Below are positions 18,736 through 27,938 of a stretch of DNA of 64,000 nucleotides, one piece after another (the stretch's first letter is position 1; every line of letters begins with the position of its first letter). The DNA comes from Candidatus Bathyarchaeota archaeon (GTDB taxonomy: Archaea > Thermoproteota > Bathyarchaeia > 40CM-2-53-6), in contig VBAW01000019.1 in assembly GCA_005888635.1 (NCBI GenBank), positions 18,776 through 82,775 on the forward strand, given 5' to 3'. The notes below the pieces were generated by a model. It ran no database searches. It was not told the DNA's origin and was given only the letters and a program-made list of their open reading frames with translations. A program made the translations under genes and the position numbers.

Positions 18736-21504
18736 ATGGACCTCATTTGGTTGGTCCTCGGACTGGTTCTCGCAGTGATCCTAGCTATCGTGGTTCTAGT
18801 TGTTCTTCCATGGTATCGGAAGCACGGCATCGAGCAGGCCAGAGCTTCGTTGAAAGAGGTCCCTTCGATTATCGCTAGAATCGACAATTCCTTGCAGCCC
18901 TACTTGTCCTCGAAGGAGTACCTTCCCGAGCGGGTTGGTAGACCTCTGAGGTCAGAGATCCAGACACTCGCTGAGTTGACCTTGCCGGTTCTCGGGAAAA
19001 GTGTCCGGAGAGCCCATGATGTTGCAATGAGAAAGGATTTCGAGTCGATGACGGCCGCTGCCAATCAGTTGTGTCAAAGGCTTGCGGGGAACAACTACCA
19101 GTATGTCCAGCGAGCGATCTCTGAGCACTCGAAGTTGCTTGTCGATGAGCTGAAGCTCGACGCGGCTCAGCGAGAGGCGACCGTTCGAGACGATGAGCGC
19201 AATCTTGTCGTTGCGGCGGCCGGTTCGGGCAAGACGCGCACGTTAATCGCTAGGGTCCGTTATCTCTTGGAACGTGGCTCCGCTCCAACTAACATTCTGG
19301 CGATAACCTTCACGAACAAAGCGACCGAGGAGATGAAGGACCGCCTCAAACAGATGAGTGTACCAGTCGCGGATCAGGGAAGCGATGGTGTGACTGTCTC
19401 GACACTTCATGCTCTCGGCAAGCGCGAAGTCCAAGCCGCCACTCCAGGACCGCTTAGTATTGCTGACGAGCATTGGACAAACTCCCTTGTCGCTAGCGCG
19501 TTGCGTGATGCCAGGGAAGGTCGAGATCGGCAGCTTTCGAGTTTGTATGTCAATGCGATTCTGAACTTCCATCGTGATCTGGACGAGCGGACCCCAGCTC
19601 TCGGTGCGGACCTTACCTACAGAACTCGTCGTGGAGAACAAGTTCGGTTCATCGGCGAGCGAATCATCGCGGACTTTCTACTCACCCACCAGGTTCCTTA
19701 CAAGTACGAAGCCACAGCCTCATGGGCACAAGTCGGCTCAGGTCGCTCCGCCTATCACCCCGATTTCACACTCCTTGACACTGGAGCTTGCGTCGAATAT
19801 TGGGGGATAGACCGTGGAGGCAATGTGGCCGGGAATTGGTCAACTTCCTCTGCAGATTATGGCAAGGGAATGGCATGGAAAAGAGGAGAGTTCAACCGCA
19901 CTGGCAAGAAGCTCATCGAATTCTACGATTACGAGCGCAGAGAAGGAACTCTGGAGGCATTACTCGAAACACGCTTGACCGGTGCCGGCGTACAATTACG
20001 ACCGATGACACTAGCCGGGTTAGAAAAGATCCTCGGGGATACAAAGTACATCGGCAGCGTGATCGAGAGACAATTGGCAGGATTCATTGAAAATGCTCGT
20101 TCATTCCGAATGTCGACTGACCAGATTCTCCAGCGTCTAATATCGGCAACGCCACGCGTTCATCATTTCGGGAACCTTGGTCTTGCAGTTTTGCAAAGAT
20201 ACAAGAGGGAATTGGCCTCGGAAGGGAGAGTCGATTTCTCGGACATGCTTCACCGGGCCGCTGACATCGTAGAGAAAGGTGCGAGTTCACTCCCAAAGTT
20301 TGATCATGTCCTTGTCGACGAGTTCCAAGACACCTCGACGGCTATGGCCCGCCTTGTGAATGCACTTGTTCGAACAAACCATGCTCATCTCTTCGCCGTG
20401 GGTGATGACTGGCAAGCCATCTACGGTTTTGCAGGCGGAGACGTAGATCATGTTGTCAACTTCGAGTCTCACTTCGGACCCGCCTCACGGACAATGCTCG
20501 ACACAAACTACAGATCCCCGGCCACAATCGTCGAGGCGGGTGCAGCGTTAATTGCTCACAACCCCGGCCAAATACCAAAACAGGTTGTCATCTCTAGCCC
20601 TGAGCGTGGCGAAGCCTTCATTCACGAAGTCCCTGATGACGATTTAGCGATCATAAACAAGGCGATTCAGCTAGTCAACGAGGAACGTAAGCGAGTTGAT
20701 CCCGACGAAATCTTGGTTCTCAGCCGGACCAACCACCTGGTCAAGGGGATAAGCGATGGATGCCAGCAGAATGGGATTCCAGTGGCCTACCCTGATCGCA
20801 ACGTTTCCGGAGTCCGCATACTATCTGCTCATAAGGCGAAAGGCCTAGAAGCGAATGTCGTGGTCATCGCAAACGCTAGCGACCATCTGTTCGGCTTTCC
20901 TTCGAAGATGGAGAACTCGGATGTTCTTGAACCAGTACGGATGAGTGCTGGAAACGCTCCGGCTGAGGAACGACGACTGTTCTACGTAGCAGTCACTAGG
21001 GCTAGGAAGCGGCTACACCTGATCTCTCGACAGGGTCACCCGTCACCTTACATCGCAGAGATCGAAGGAGCTTCTCAACAATCGCAGACTGCCAGCCGGG
21101 GGTCATTTCGTCCAGGCGTTCGTTTCAACGACGCTTTCTACGTTGAACAAGTCTATCGCCTCACTGATCGACAAGCAAAGGCGCGCATTCACCAATGCGG
21201 CCTCTTGACAACACCGAACGGCCGCTTTTCTTTTACGTCATGGCTGCCATTCTATCTTGACCAGGGAAGGACCTATTCGCTGACAGGGGTTCTCTATGAT
21301 CGGCCCTATCAAAACCGGCATCAGGTTACGCTTGACAGGGCGACTCATGTCGAACGACAAGCGATCCAGTCACAAGCCAGCCAACCTATAGGCGTGCGCC
21401 AACTACGTCCACGCCCTCCTCCTCAGTTCCAGCCCCGCTTGATGGTACCAAACAATCCGCTCGTGAAAACATCGGATTCGTTGATCGCGAAGCCTGTTCG
21501 ATGA
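18736..21504 (+). CDS. Membrane-anchored UvrD/PcrA-like SF1 helicase with an internal PD-(D/E)xK nuclease-like insertion
   Basis: An N-terminal TM helix is followed by Walker A AAAGSGKTRT, motif II VLVDEFQDTS, motif III GDDWQAIYGFAGG, motif IV NYRS and motif VI YVAVTRARKRLHL. The insertion between motifs I and II contains ERIIADFLL...YKYE...YHPDFTLLDTGACVEYWG, a Vsr/DUF559-like pattern. Confidence 0.85.
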   Translation: MDLIWLVLGLVLAVILAIVVLVVLPWYRKHGIEQARASLKEVPSIIARIDNSLQPYLSSKEYLPERVGRPLRSEIQTLAELTLPVLGKSVRRAHDVAMRKDFESMTAAANQLCQRLAGNNYQYVQRAISEHSKLLVDELKLDAAQREATVRDDERNLVVAAAGSGKTRTLIARVRYLLERGSAPTNILAITFTNKATEEMKDRLKQMSVPVADQGSDGVTVSTLHALGKREVQAATPGPLSIADEHWTNSLVASALRDAREGRDRQLSSLYVNAILNFHRDLDERTPALGADLTYRTRRGEQVRFIGERIIADFLLTHQVPYKYEATASWAQVGSGRSAYHPDFTLLDTGACVEYWGIDRGGNVAGNWSTSSADYGKGMAWKRGEFNRTGKKLIEFYDYERREGTLEALLETRLTGAGVQLRPMTLAGLEKILGDTKYIGSVIERQLAGFIENARSFRMSTDQILQRLISATPRVHHFGNLGLAVLQRYKRELASEGRVDFSDMLHRAADIVEKGASSLPKFDHVLVDEFQDTSTAMARLVNALVRTNHAHLFAVGDDWQAIYGFAGGDVDHVVNFESHFGPASRTMLDTNYRSPATIVEAGAALIAHNPGQIPKQVVISSPERGEAFIHEVPDDDLAIINKAIQLVNEERKRVDPDEILVLSRTNHLVKGISDGCQQNGIPVAYPDRNVSGVRILSAHKAKGLEANVVVIANASDHLFGFPSKMENSDVLEPVRMSAGNAPAEERRLFYVAVTRARKRLHLISRQGHPSPYIAEIEGASQQSQTASRGSFRPGVRFNDAFYVEQVYRLTDRQAKARIHQCGLLTTPNGRFSFTSWLPFYLDQGRTYSLTGVLYDRPYQNRHQVTLDRATHVERQAIQSQASQPIGVRQLRPRPPPQFQPRLMVPNNPLVKTSDSLIAKPVR

Positions 21505-21534
21505 TCTGATCCGCCCGTGAAGATATGACGTCTA

Positions 21535-21625
21535 GTTGTTCTCTCCAGCCGCTCCACTAACCCGATATCTGTCACTCTCAGCTGTCTTTCGGCTAGTGCA
21601 CAGACACGGGAACATGCCACAGCAG
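21535..21625 (+). repeat. Island repeat copy H (partial, degenerate) directly after the helicase stop
   Basis: CCAGCCGCTCCACTAACCCGATATCTGTCACTCTCAGCTGTCTTTCGGCTAG...CAGACACGGGAAC aligns to the core and downstream part of copies B-F. Confidence 0.55.
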
Positions 21626-21697
21626 ATATTATTATCTCGACCAAACGTGCTATGATCAGGATTCGCAACAGTCAGGGAGGTAGCAGGTAGAACGCTT

Positions 21698-22723
21698 GTG
21701 CTGAAGCCTCTCCTCTTACTATGTGGCGGCTACGTAGCCTCACTTCTAGTCATGACCACAGCACCTGTCTTCCTAGATGGTGCTACTGCGTCACTGGTCA
21801 GCATCGGACCCTTGCTTTTTGATGTGGTCTTAGCGGCCTATTTGGTAGTTCACTACCTCGGCTTGAGGGGCCTCTTTCGGCTAGCAGCGTATTTCTTTAC
21901 GTTCCTCGGCCTCGTCAGCATCCCATCAGGAATACTCAGTCCCGTAGGACCCGGCCAAAGCTACCCGTCTAATGTAACAAGCTACGTCAACCCGTTCACA
22001 AACAACTCGACTATTTCCTGGATCAACAACTTCGACACTCCCTGCGTTCTAGTCCACGGTCAAACCTCTACCAGCCAGTCCACGGGCTACTATGGACTCG
22101 GTTATGGAGGAACCAGTACGCGACTAGGTAGTAACTGCCACGGCCTTGCCCAGCTAACAGCACAAGCATATTCAAGCGGGCTCGGTTCCAAGGCGACAGT
22201 TCAGTCCAGCGTCTGGTTCATAGACCAACCGTTCTATGTGCCCGATCATGGACAGAAAACCACCAGGTTAGAGATTGGAGGATCCGTATTCATCAGTGGA
22301 TGGCTCGCCCGCCAGAACGCCGGCATAGGCACGTACAACGGCGGGACAACACTTGAGATAATGTTGAAGCTCATGGGAAACGCTCCCTGCGATAGCTATG
22401 GCTGCTACAACTCCTATGCGACCAGGTATTTTACAGGAACCCAGTCAATGTCTTCCGAGTATGACCTTCCGCATCTGGGCATCTACGTGACTCCTAGTTA
22501 CACCTACAACGTCATCGTTAGCTTCAACGTAACCTCCAACACTATCGGAATAGGCGCAGGTGGAATAGCCACTTCCGACGCCTGTTTCGGCTACAGCAAC
22601 TACTGCGCCGCAACTCCAACCAATGTCCCGGGTTTCCCAGCCTCGTGCATGCCAAATCCATCCCGGTTCCAATCCTGCGAATTGCTCCTAACTGCCGTAG
22701 CTTACACCCTTACGGATTTCTAA
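21698..22723 (+). CDS. Membrane-anchored extracellular Ser/Thr/Gly- and Cys-rich protein
   Basis: 341 aa with 3 N-terminal hydrophobic helices, then a low-complexity Cys-containing ectodomain. Confidence 0.45.
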   Translation: MLKPLLLLCGGYVASLLVMTTAPVFLDGATASLVSIGPLLFDVVLAAYLVVHYLGLRGLFRLAAYFFTFLGLVSIPSGILSPVGPGQSYPSNVTSYVNPFTNNSTISWINNFDTPCVLVHGQTSTSQSTGYYGLGYGGTSTRLGSNCHGLAQLTAQAYSSGLGSKATVQSSVWFIDQPFYVPDHGQKTTRLEIGGSVFISGWLARQNAGIGTYNGGTTLEIMLKLMGNAPCDSYGCYNSYATRYFTGTQSMSSEYDLPHLGIYVTPSYTYNVIVSFNVTSNTIGIGAGGIATSDACFGYSNYCAATPTNVPGFPASCMPNPSRFQSCELLLTAVAYTLTDF

Positions 22724-23267
22724 GGTGCCCGGCAATCCCCGCATCTCTGCCTGCGGAGATCGAGTTCTGTTCTCGCGATGTAATCTCAGCCAGTACTCCT
22801 GTGATTCGGGCTCCTCTTCCTGATAAGTCGTAATTGACTGAGACACCGTTTGGAAAAAGGACGACGAGAGCGTTTCTATGGAAGACGGTCTGGTTTGCCT
22901 ATTCTCGGGATCTATAGTTCTTGTTCCATCCGTGTCCAGCCTCGAAGGAGCAGCGGTGAGGAACCAGATGCCTAGACGAATGGAGAAGCCATCCTCAAAA
23001 CTGTTGCCAGAAGAGGGCAAGTCTCAGTGGGTGAAATGCTGGAAGTGTGGGGCGTGGATTCATTGCAGGAAATGCTTGACACATCACCTTTACAACACCC
23101 CTCACAAGTAGTGAGGATAAGCGCGGGGCAGCGTCCCTGATGGCGCCAAGGAAATCGCCTAGAAGTCAGCCTAGGGGGCATTAGAACTCGCGAGGATCCA
23201 CTGCATCAAGACAACGATCCTCCCGGCTCAAGTTCAATGTGAAATTCGACCATGGCGAATTATATGG

Positions 23268-23330
23268 GGTCGATAGTGTTCGTGATGTTCAAGTTGTGAA
23301 CAACCTACCACAAGCAACGCTAGGCTAGGC
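23268..23330. repeat. ~60 bp near-palindromic motif, second copy at 40838..40898
   Basis: ATAGTGTTCGTGATGTTCAAGTTGTGAACAACCTACCACAAGCAACGCTAGGCTAGGCG is about 85 percent identical to the 40838 copy, which contains GTTGTTAACAAT. Confidence 0.5.
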
Positions 23331-23432
23331 GCTCCCTTAGCGAGACCTGTTGATCCTATTAGAACGAAAACAGCTGCGTTTCTGGGAGATTCTCGAGGAC
23401 CCTAAGGTTCTGGGATATGACCGCTGTGGAGA

Positions 23433-25913
23433 CTAACTGGTTCTGCGGACCCCACAGTTCGGACAGAAGAGCCCAGTTAGAGGAACCGCCGAGCCGCAGT
23501 GAGTACATGGGACTGAGTTGCCACCGAGTGGCCATCTCTGGGAAGATGCCAATGGCGGATTATTCCGCGGTCTTTGCGCCTGTCGGATAAGCAGAAGAGT
23601 AGCTGCAAGGGTCACGAGGGCAACCGCGAGGAATACGGGACCGTACTCCTTGACCAAGATCATGACTTGGCCCGCTAGTGTTGAGATGAGTTGAGAGCTT
23701 GGTCCAGACCCTGGCTCAGGGCTTGGGTTCGGGTTTGCTGAGATTGAGACTTGGAACTGGGCAACGATATTGCTACCGGCCTCCCATATTATGGGATAGG
23801 GATACTGGTATTGCCACTCCACAGTCTCGGTCAGCATGTGTATTCCCGCCCCGACTGACCGGGGAATCGTAAACGCCAGTGTCAAAGTGATATTGCTTCC
23901 CGCACCAATTAGCGGCGCGTCGGGTAGGTTGCAGAGGCTGTTGCCAAGCTGCGCGGTCGGAGTATTTCCGGGGCACTCGCTATCATCCATGAGCGTGAAC
24001 GTTCCAAAATCAGTCGTCACTCTAACCAGGATTATTCTGGAGGGAAGGGCGCCCACGTTTGTGAAATTGTTCACGAACACCGCGGATCCTCCGGCCTGAG
24101 CGGCTTCGGGGCCGAGGATATCATACAACATCGCGGCTGAGGGAACATTGGCTGTTACAGTTTCGGTGGCCTGCATGCGGCTGGTTGTCCCGATAATTGT
24201 AATCGTATAGGATGATGTGGGGGTAGTCTTTGTCGCCACAAATATCGCGTTAACACTAACACTCTTGCCACTCCCGACGGCGACAGGGTTCTGGTTGAAT
24301 ACGACAGTTGGAATCTGGTTTGGCCACGTCGGCGAGGATGGTGCTACCGTCGCGTTGAGCTCTACGCTGCTATCGAAACCGTTCAGGCTGGACAATGTGA
24401 CGGTGAAGGTGCCGTTAGTCGTTCGGGGAACAGTAAGGGACCCAGGACTGGCGGCTATGCTAAAATCTCGCAGCCCAGCACTACCCTTCGGCACCACCAT
24501 AACATCAGTGAAGAGACTGTCGGCCCTGCAACAGGTGTACGCCTCGGCACTAAACCTCACGTCTACGGTCTGGCCTGCAAGACCGGAAATATCGTAGACC
24601 TTCATCTCCGGAAGATTCCCCGTACACCCTCCCGTGCTGTTGACAATCGGCACAGGGACGAAAGTATCGGACAGCGCCCCGATTCCATTGCCTGTAACAG
24701 TAACCGTGGCTGACTCTGACCCGCTCGTTATCTGTCCCCATGTAAGGAATGCGAGTACGCCGCCAGCTTGAGGGACGGTGAAGCTCTCATCGGCGTATCC
24801 AGAAGTGCCTAGAGTGTTCCAGATATCGAGAAACGATGATCCCTGAAGAGCGCCGGGCGTACAAGGCCCGGTACTCGTGGTCACCTGGATGATCGGATAG
24901 TTGCCGTTATACTGGACTCCGTAGATAGTGCCTGTCGTCCAGTATGCGAGTCCGTTGCTGAAGTCCCCGTTCTGGATCGCGTTAACAGCTTCCTGAGCAA
25001 GAATGTTCATCGAAACGGTTAGAGTGTGTGAAATGTGGCCAGCGGTCGCGATGATCGTGGCATTATAGCTCCCCGGAGGGATCGCGGCCAACGACAATAG
25101 GTTGAGAATGGAGAGAGCTGTGCCGTTGATCTGAAGGTTGACGATTGGAGCGCTGAACCATCCAGAGATCGCGTATGAGGAGGATCTTACGGTAAGAGAT
25201 ATGGTCCCGAAGAATCCTGTGTCGCCAGTGAGACTGATGTTGAAGTTTGCAATCATCCCTCTGGGCAACGTCACAGAGGTCGAGTTGGATCTAATCGTAA
25301 AGTCTGACCCGGACGGTAGGAGATTACTGAAGCTGGCGGTCTGAACCGTCGCCGTGGGACCGTTCAGGTTAACACATATTCCGTTGAGAACGCTCGTGCT
25401 TGAACAGCCCGAGGGGAAGGTGATTGGAGTGTTCGCCCCTGTCCCTGTAACGTTGTACGTGGCGGTGAAAAGAATTCCATTTGTGGGCGCTATGGTTGGG
25501 TAGTATCCGTACCCGTCGACGGTAACAACTCCCGGCCCGTCCACTGATCCACAGTTAGCTCCCGCCCCATTGATGCATTGCCAGCCGCCCACAGGGTAAC
25601 CACTCGATGCGCTCATTACGCTCTGAGCCAAACTCGCGTTCACGGGATAGAGGACGGAGGCATTGGTCTTGACCGATATTGTGAACTGCTGGAAAGACCC
25701 GACGGATTGTGCAACGACGTAGACTGTTAGAAAGGATCCCTGCTGTCCCGTGAGAGTTGAAGGTGTGGTGGGACAATAATCAGCAAGCGATATGCAGACC
25801 ATTGGCGCAAGATTTCCGCGAGCAGGAGTTGGAGCTACCCTGACAATGAATACCACGGTGAGAATCAGGATTGCAGCAGCGACATTCGCGAAGTGTCGGC
25901 GAGAACTAGTCAT
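23433..25913 (-). CDS. Large cell-surface protein with C-terminal TM helix and cytoplasmic zinc ribbon
   Basis: 826 aa with a signal peptide and Thr/Ser-rich beta-rich repeats. The C-terminal TM helix is followed by CTHCGSAVPLTGLFCPNCG. Confidence 0.6.
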   Translation of the reverse strand: MTSSRRHFANVAAAILILTVVFIVRVAPTPARGNLAPMVCISLADYCPTTPSTLTGQQGSFLTVYVVAQSVGSFQQFTISVKTNASVLYPVNASLAQSVMSASSGYPVGGWQCINGAGANCGSVDGPGVVTVDGYGYYPTIAPTNGILFTATYNVTGTGANTPITFPSGCSSTSVLNGICVNLNGPTATVQTASFSNLLPSGSDFTIRSNSTSVTLPRGMIANFNISLTGDTGFFGTISLTVRSSSYAISGWFSAPIVNLQINGTALSILNLLSLAAIPPGSYNATIIATAGHISHTLTVSMNILAQEAVNAIQNGDFSNGLAYWTTGTIYGVQYNGNYPIIQVTTSTGPCTPGALQGSSFLDIWNTLGTSGYADESFTVPQAGGVLAFLTWGQITSGSESATVTVTGNGIGALSDTFVPVPIVNSTGGCTGNLPEMKVYDISGLAGQTVDVRFSAEAYTCCRADSLFTDVMVVPKGSAGLRDFSIAASPGSLTVPRTTNGTFTVTLSSLNGFDSSVELNATVAPSSPTWPNQIPTVVFNQNPVAVGSGKSVSVNAIFVATKTTPTSSYTITIIGTTSRMQATETVTANVPSAAMLYDILGPEAAQAGGSAVFVNNFTNVGALPSRIILVRVTTDFGTFTLMDDSECPGNTPTAQLGNSLCNLPDAPLIGAGSNITLTLAFTIPRSVGAGIHMLTETVEWQYQYPYPIIWEAGSNIVAQFQVSISANPNPSPEPGSGPSSQLISTLAGQVMILVKEYGPVFLAVALVTLAATLLLIRQAQRPRNNPPLASSQRWPLGGNSVPCTHCGSAVPLTGLFCPNCGVRRTS

Positions 25914-25983
25914 CCAACCCGAAGTTCGATTCGCCGTTCCTGACTCTTAAACAGTGCTGGGTCTCGCTCCGCACTTCTCTAGA

Positions 25984-26190
25984 TTAAGCGGTTTGTGCGA
26001 GCGGGACGATTTTCCGCAGCATCTTGCTCGCCTTGAGAATTTCTATCCCGATCACTTTTCCGTTCTTTCCTAGCTCTAGGTTGATGTCCGGCGCCAGCTC
26101 TATGAAACCCTCCTCTGGACCCTTCGATATTACAATGTAGAGGCTGTCGCTCTCCCGGTCGTACAGCGCCTTTCGCATCTTCTCAGCCAA
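25984..26190 (-). CDS. DUF2283-like small protein (TA-partner family)
   Basis: YDRESDSLYIVISKGPEEGFIELAPDINLELGKNGKVIGIEILKAS fits the DUF2283 pattern. Confidence 0.5.
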   Translation of the reverse strand: MAEKMRKALYDRESDSLYIVISKGPEEGFIELAPDINLELGKNGKVIGIEILKASKMLRKIVPLAQTA

Positions 26191-26291
26191 TTCTGTTCCA
26201 CCTTGCTCCCTTAGCCCTTGACGTTTCCTGCTCTTTGCTTATTGGGTGTATAGTTACTATTTCAATCCCTCCCCTTTCTGATCGTAGGCTA

Positions 26292-26483
26292 TCATGATCT
26301 ACCGCTCCCGCCGCCTGAGCCTGACCAGTTTTTTATGGCTATGAGGTGATCTGTTTCTCTGTCTCGATATCTCCGGTCAGCGTCCTCGAAAATTTTCTTC
26401 GGTAGTTCCGCAGGAAACTTCCTCATCTCCAGTCTAGTCCTAAGATGTCTCGTGTAGGTTATCCTAGTCAGACCCTGCGCCAT
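26292..26483 (-). CDS. DUF4258-like small protein (TA-partner family), upstream of DUF2283
   Basis: 63 aa with ITYTRHLRTRLEMRKFPAELPKKIFEDADR. The gene order DUF4258 then DUF2283 is the usual pairing. Confidence 0.4.
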   Translation of the reverse strand: MAQGLTRITYTRHLRTRLEMRKFPAELPKKIFEDADRRYRDRETDHLIAIKNWSGSGGGSGRS

Positions 26484-26549
26484 CCGTCTCCTTTTCGACC
26501 AAGAACTCCTAGCGCCAGAGGTTAATGAGAGTAAGAGGCGTGTCTTCGC

Positions 26550-26675
26550 CTGTAGTTTGATTGCGAGCTCTTGTCCATCCGTGACGGGTTGGCGTGTAGT
26601 CGTTCGCGCCCGTCGCTCCGCTGACCCGAAATCAGTTACTTTCAGCTGTCTCTCGGCTACCGACCGGTGTTATCT
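26550..26675 (+). repeat. Island repeat copy A
   Basis: CTGTAGTTTGATTGCGAG...GGGTTGGCGTGTAGTCGTTCGCGCCCGTCGCTCCGCTGACCCGAAATC...CAGCTGTCTCTCGGC. Confidence 0.8.
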
Positions 26676-27119
26676 CTCCAGATAGACCGTGTTCTTCGAC
26701 TTGTCGTAAATGAGCCTGTATCTTTCGATAATGTCCCTTCCTAGTAGCGAGGGAAGCTGCAGTACAAGTTCTCTTCCATGACGGTCCATTCTCGCGGTCT
26801 CGTGTTTCGCAACGTGAACCTGGAGTCTCTCTCGGACCGTGCCTCCGGTATCTGTCTTGAAGAGGAGTATTCCGTCCCTGATGATTCGAGTGTCGACGGT
26901 CCCTCCGATCCCGCTGAGCGGCCTCTTTGTCTTGTCGAGCCGGTTCCATTCTATCCCAAGTCTATCACGGTCCCGATCCATAATTGTCGTAACGGAGGCG
27001 CCGGTATCGACTAGGAAAGCAGCTGTTCCTCTCCCCTGTAGAACTCCTGATTCTATCTGGGCGTAGATGGAGGGTGCGGGTGGGACGAAGCTCGGGTCGA
27101 GATAGCATGGGAGCTTCAC
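26670..27119 (-). CDS. Retropepsin-like (retroviral-type) aspartic protease
   Basis: AAFLVDTGASVTTI carries the D-T/S-G active site. The C-terminal LLGRDII matches the retropepsin GRD/N motif. Confidence 0.7.
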   Translation of the reverse strand: MKLPCYLDPSFVPPAPSIYAQIESGVLQGRGTAAFLVDTGASVTTIMDRDRDRLGIEWNRLDKTKRPLSGIGGTVDTRIIRDGILLFKTDTGGTVRERLQVHVAKHETARMDRHGRELVLQLPSLLGRDIIERYRLIYDKSKNTVYLER

Positions 27120-27352
27120 AGTATTAGTTCTCGCTTCTTACGAGTAACGTACTCGACCACGACCCTGTCCCTCGGGTAGCTCTTTCCAACCCTATTCAGA
27201 AGCCTGGACAAGCTACTGTCATGATCGACCACCTTCTTCCCATACACGGCAACATTCTGGTGATCGAACCGACGTGCAAGGCGGGCATAGTTCGTCCTAA
27301 ACCAAGCATGGTTTTCCGTCCAGTCATCGAACGAGGATCCGTTCTTATCCAT
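27116..27352 (-). CDS. Small protein translationally coupled (ATGA) upstream of the retropepsin-like protease
   Basis: 78-aa ORF whose stop overlaps the protease start. Confidence 0.4.
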   Translation of the reverse strand: MDKNGSSFDDWTENHAWFRTNYARLARRFDHQNVAVYGKKVVDHDSSLSRLLNRVGKSYPRDRVVVEYVTRKKRELIL

Positions 27353-27460
27353 CCATAATCCTCTCTACCCTTCTATCCCAGTCGACTGTCAAGAAAAACA
27401 TTCTCTTCTCCCAACCCGTTCAGCTCGGAGTCGATTATCCATCAGACCCGAATATCCCTA

Positions 27461-27799
27461 TCAAAGGTTTTCAAGTAGGTCTTGGTATAACTGGTCTCTT
27501 TTCTTGTCCGAGTAGCTGTCGTATTGTAGTTCTAAGATTCTGTATCCTCTCTTCCGTAAGAGCAAGCGTAGTTCTTCGTTTTTCGCCATCTGCGCTGTTC
27601 CATGATGGACCTGGCCGTCGACAAACACGAGTAACGGTCTAGATTCTAGCGGGAAGTAGAGGTCGGCTGTGGTTACAAGTATCTCTGCCTGTGTCAGGTA
27701 TCTTATCTGGTCGTCTTGTAGTCTGATTGTTATTTCCTGTTCCATTCGTGAAGGGTTGGCGTATACGCGTTCGCGCCAGTCGCTCCGCTGACCCGACAT
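27461..27799 (-). CDS. DUF559 / Vsr-like PD-(D/E)xK endonuclease-domain protein; its 5' end and upstream region are the island repeat
   Basis: 112 aa. The N-terminal MSGQRSDWRERVYANPSRMEQEITIRL matches the R...T.AE..LW helix of DUF559. LLVFVDGQVHH...D..R...L...GYRILEL matches the LIIELDGGQH...GxxVLRF core. Confidence 0.6.
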   Translation of the reverse strand: MSGQRSDWRERVYANPSRMEQEITIRLQDDQIRYLTQAEILVTTADLYFPLESRPLLVFVDGQVHHGTAQMAKNEELRLLLRKRGYRILELQYDSYSDKKRDQLYQDLLENL

Positions 27800-27925
27800 C
27801 TGTCGCTATCAGCTGTCTCTCGGCCCATTTCTCAGACACGAGAACGAAACAGGTGAGAAAAAGGCCGAACGTTTAGCCGCCAACTTACTTTTGCTAGACT
27901 CTCCAGACCAAGAGGACTCGGCAAT
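27733..27925 (+). repeat. Island repeat copy B; it contains the start of DUF559 gene 27461..27799 on the opposite strand
   Basis: Core CGTTCGCGCCAGTCGCTCCGCTGACCCGACATCTG plus downstream CAGCTGTCTCTCGGCCCATTTCTCAGACACGAGAACGAAAC...CTCTCCAGACCAAGAG. Confidence 0.85.
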
Positions 27926-27938
27926 TTAACAATGAACC

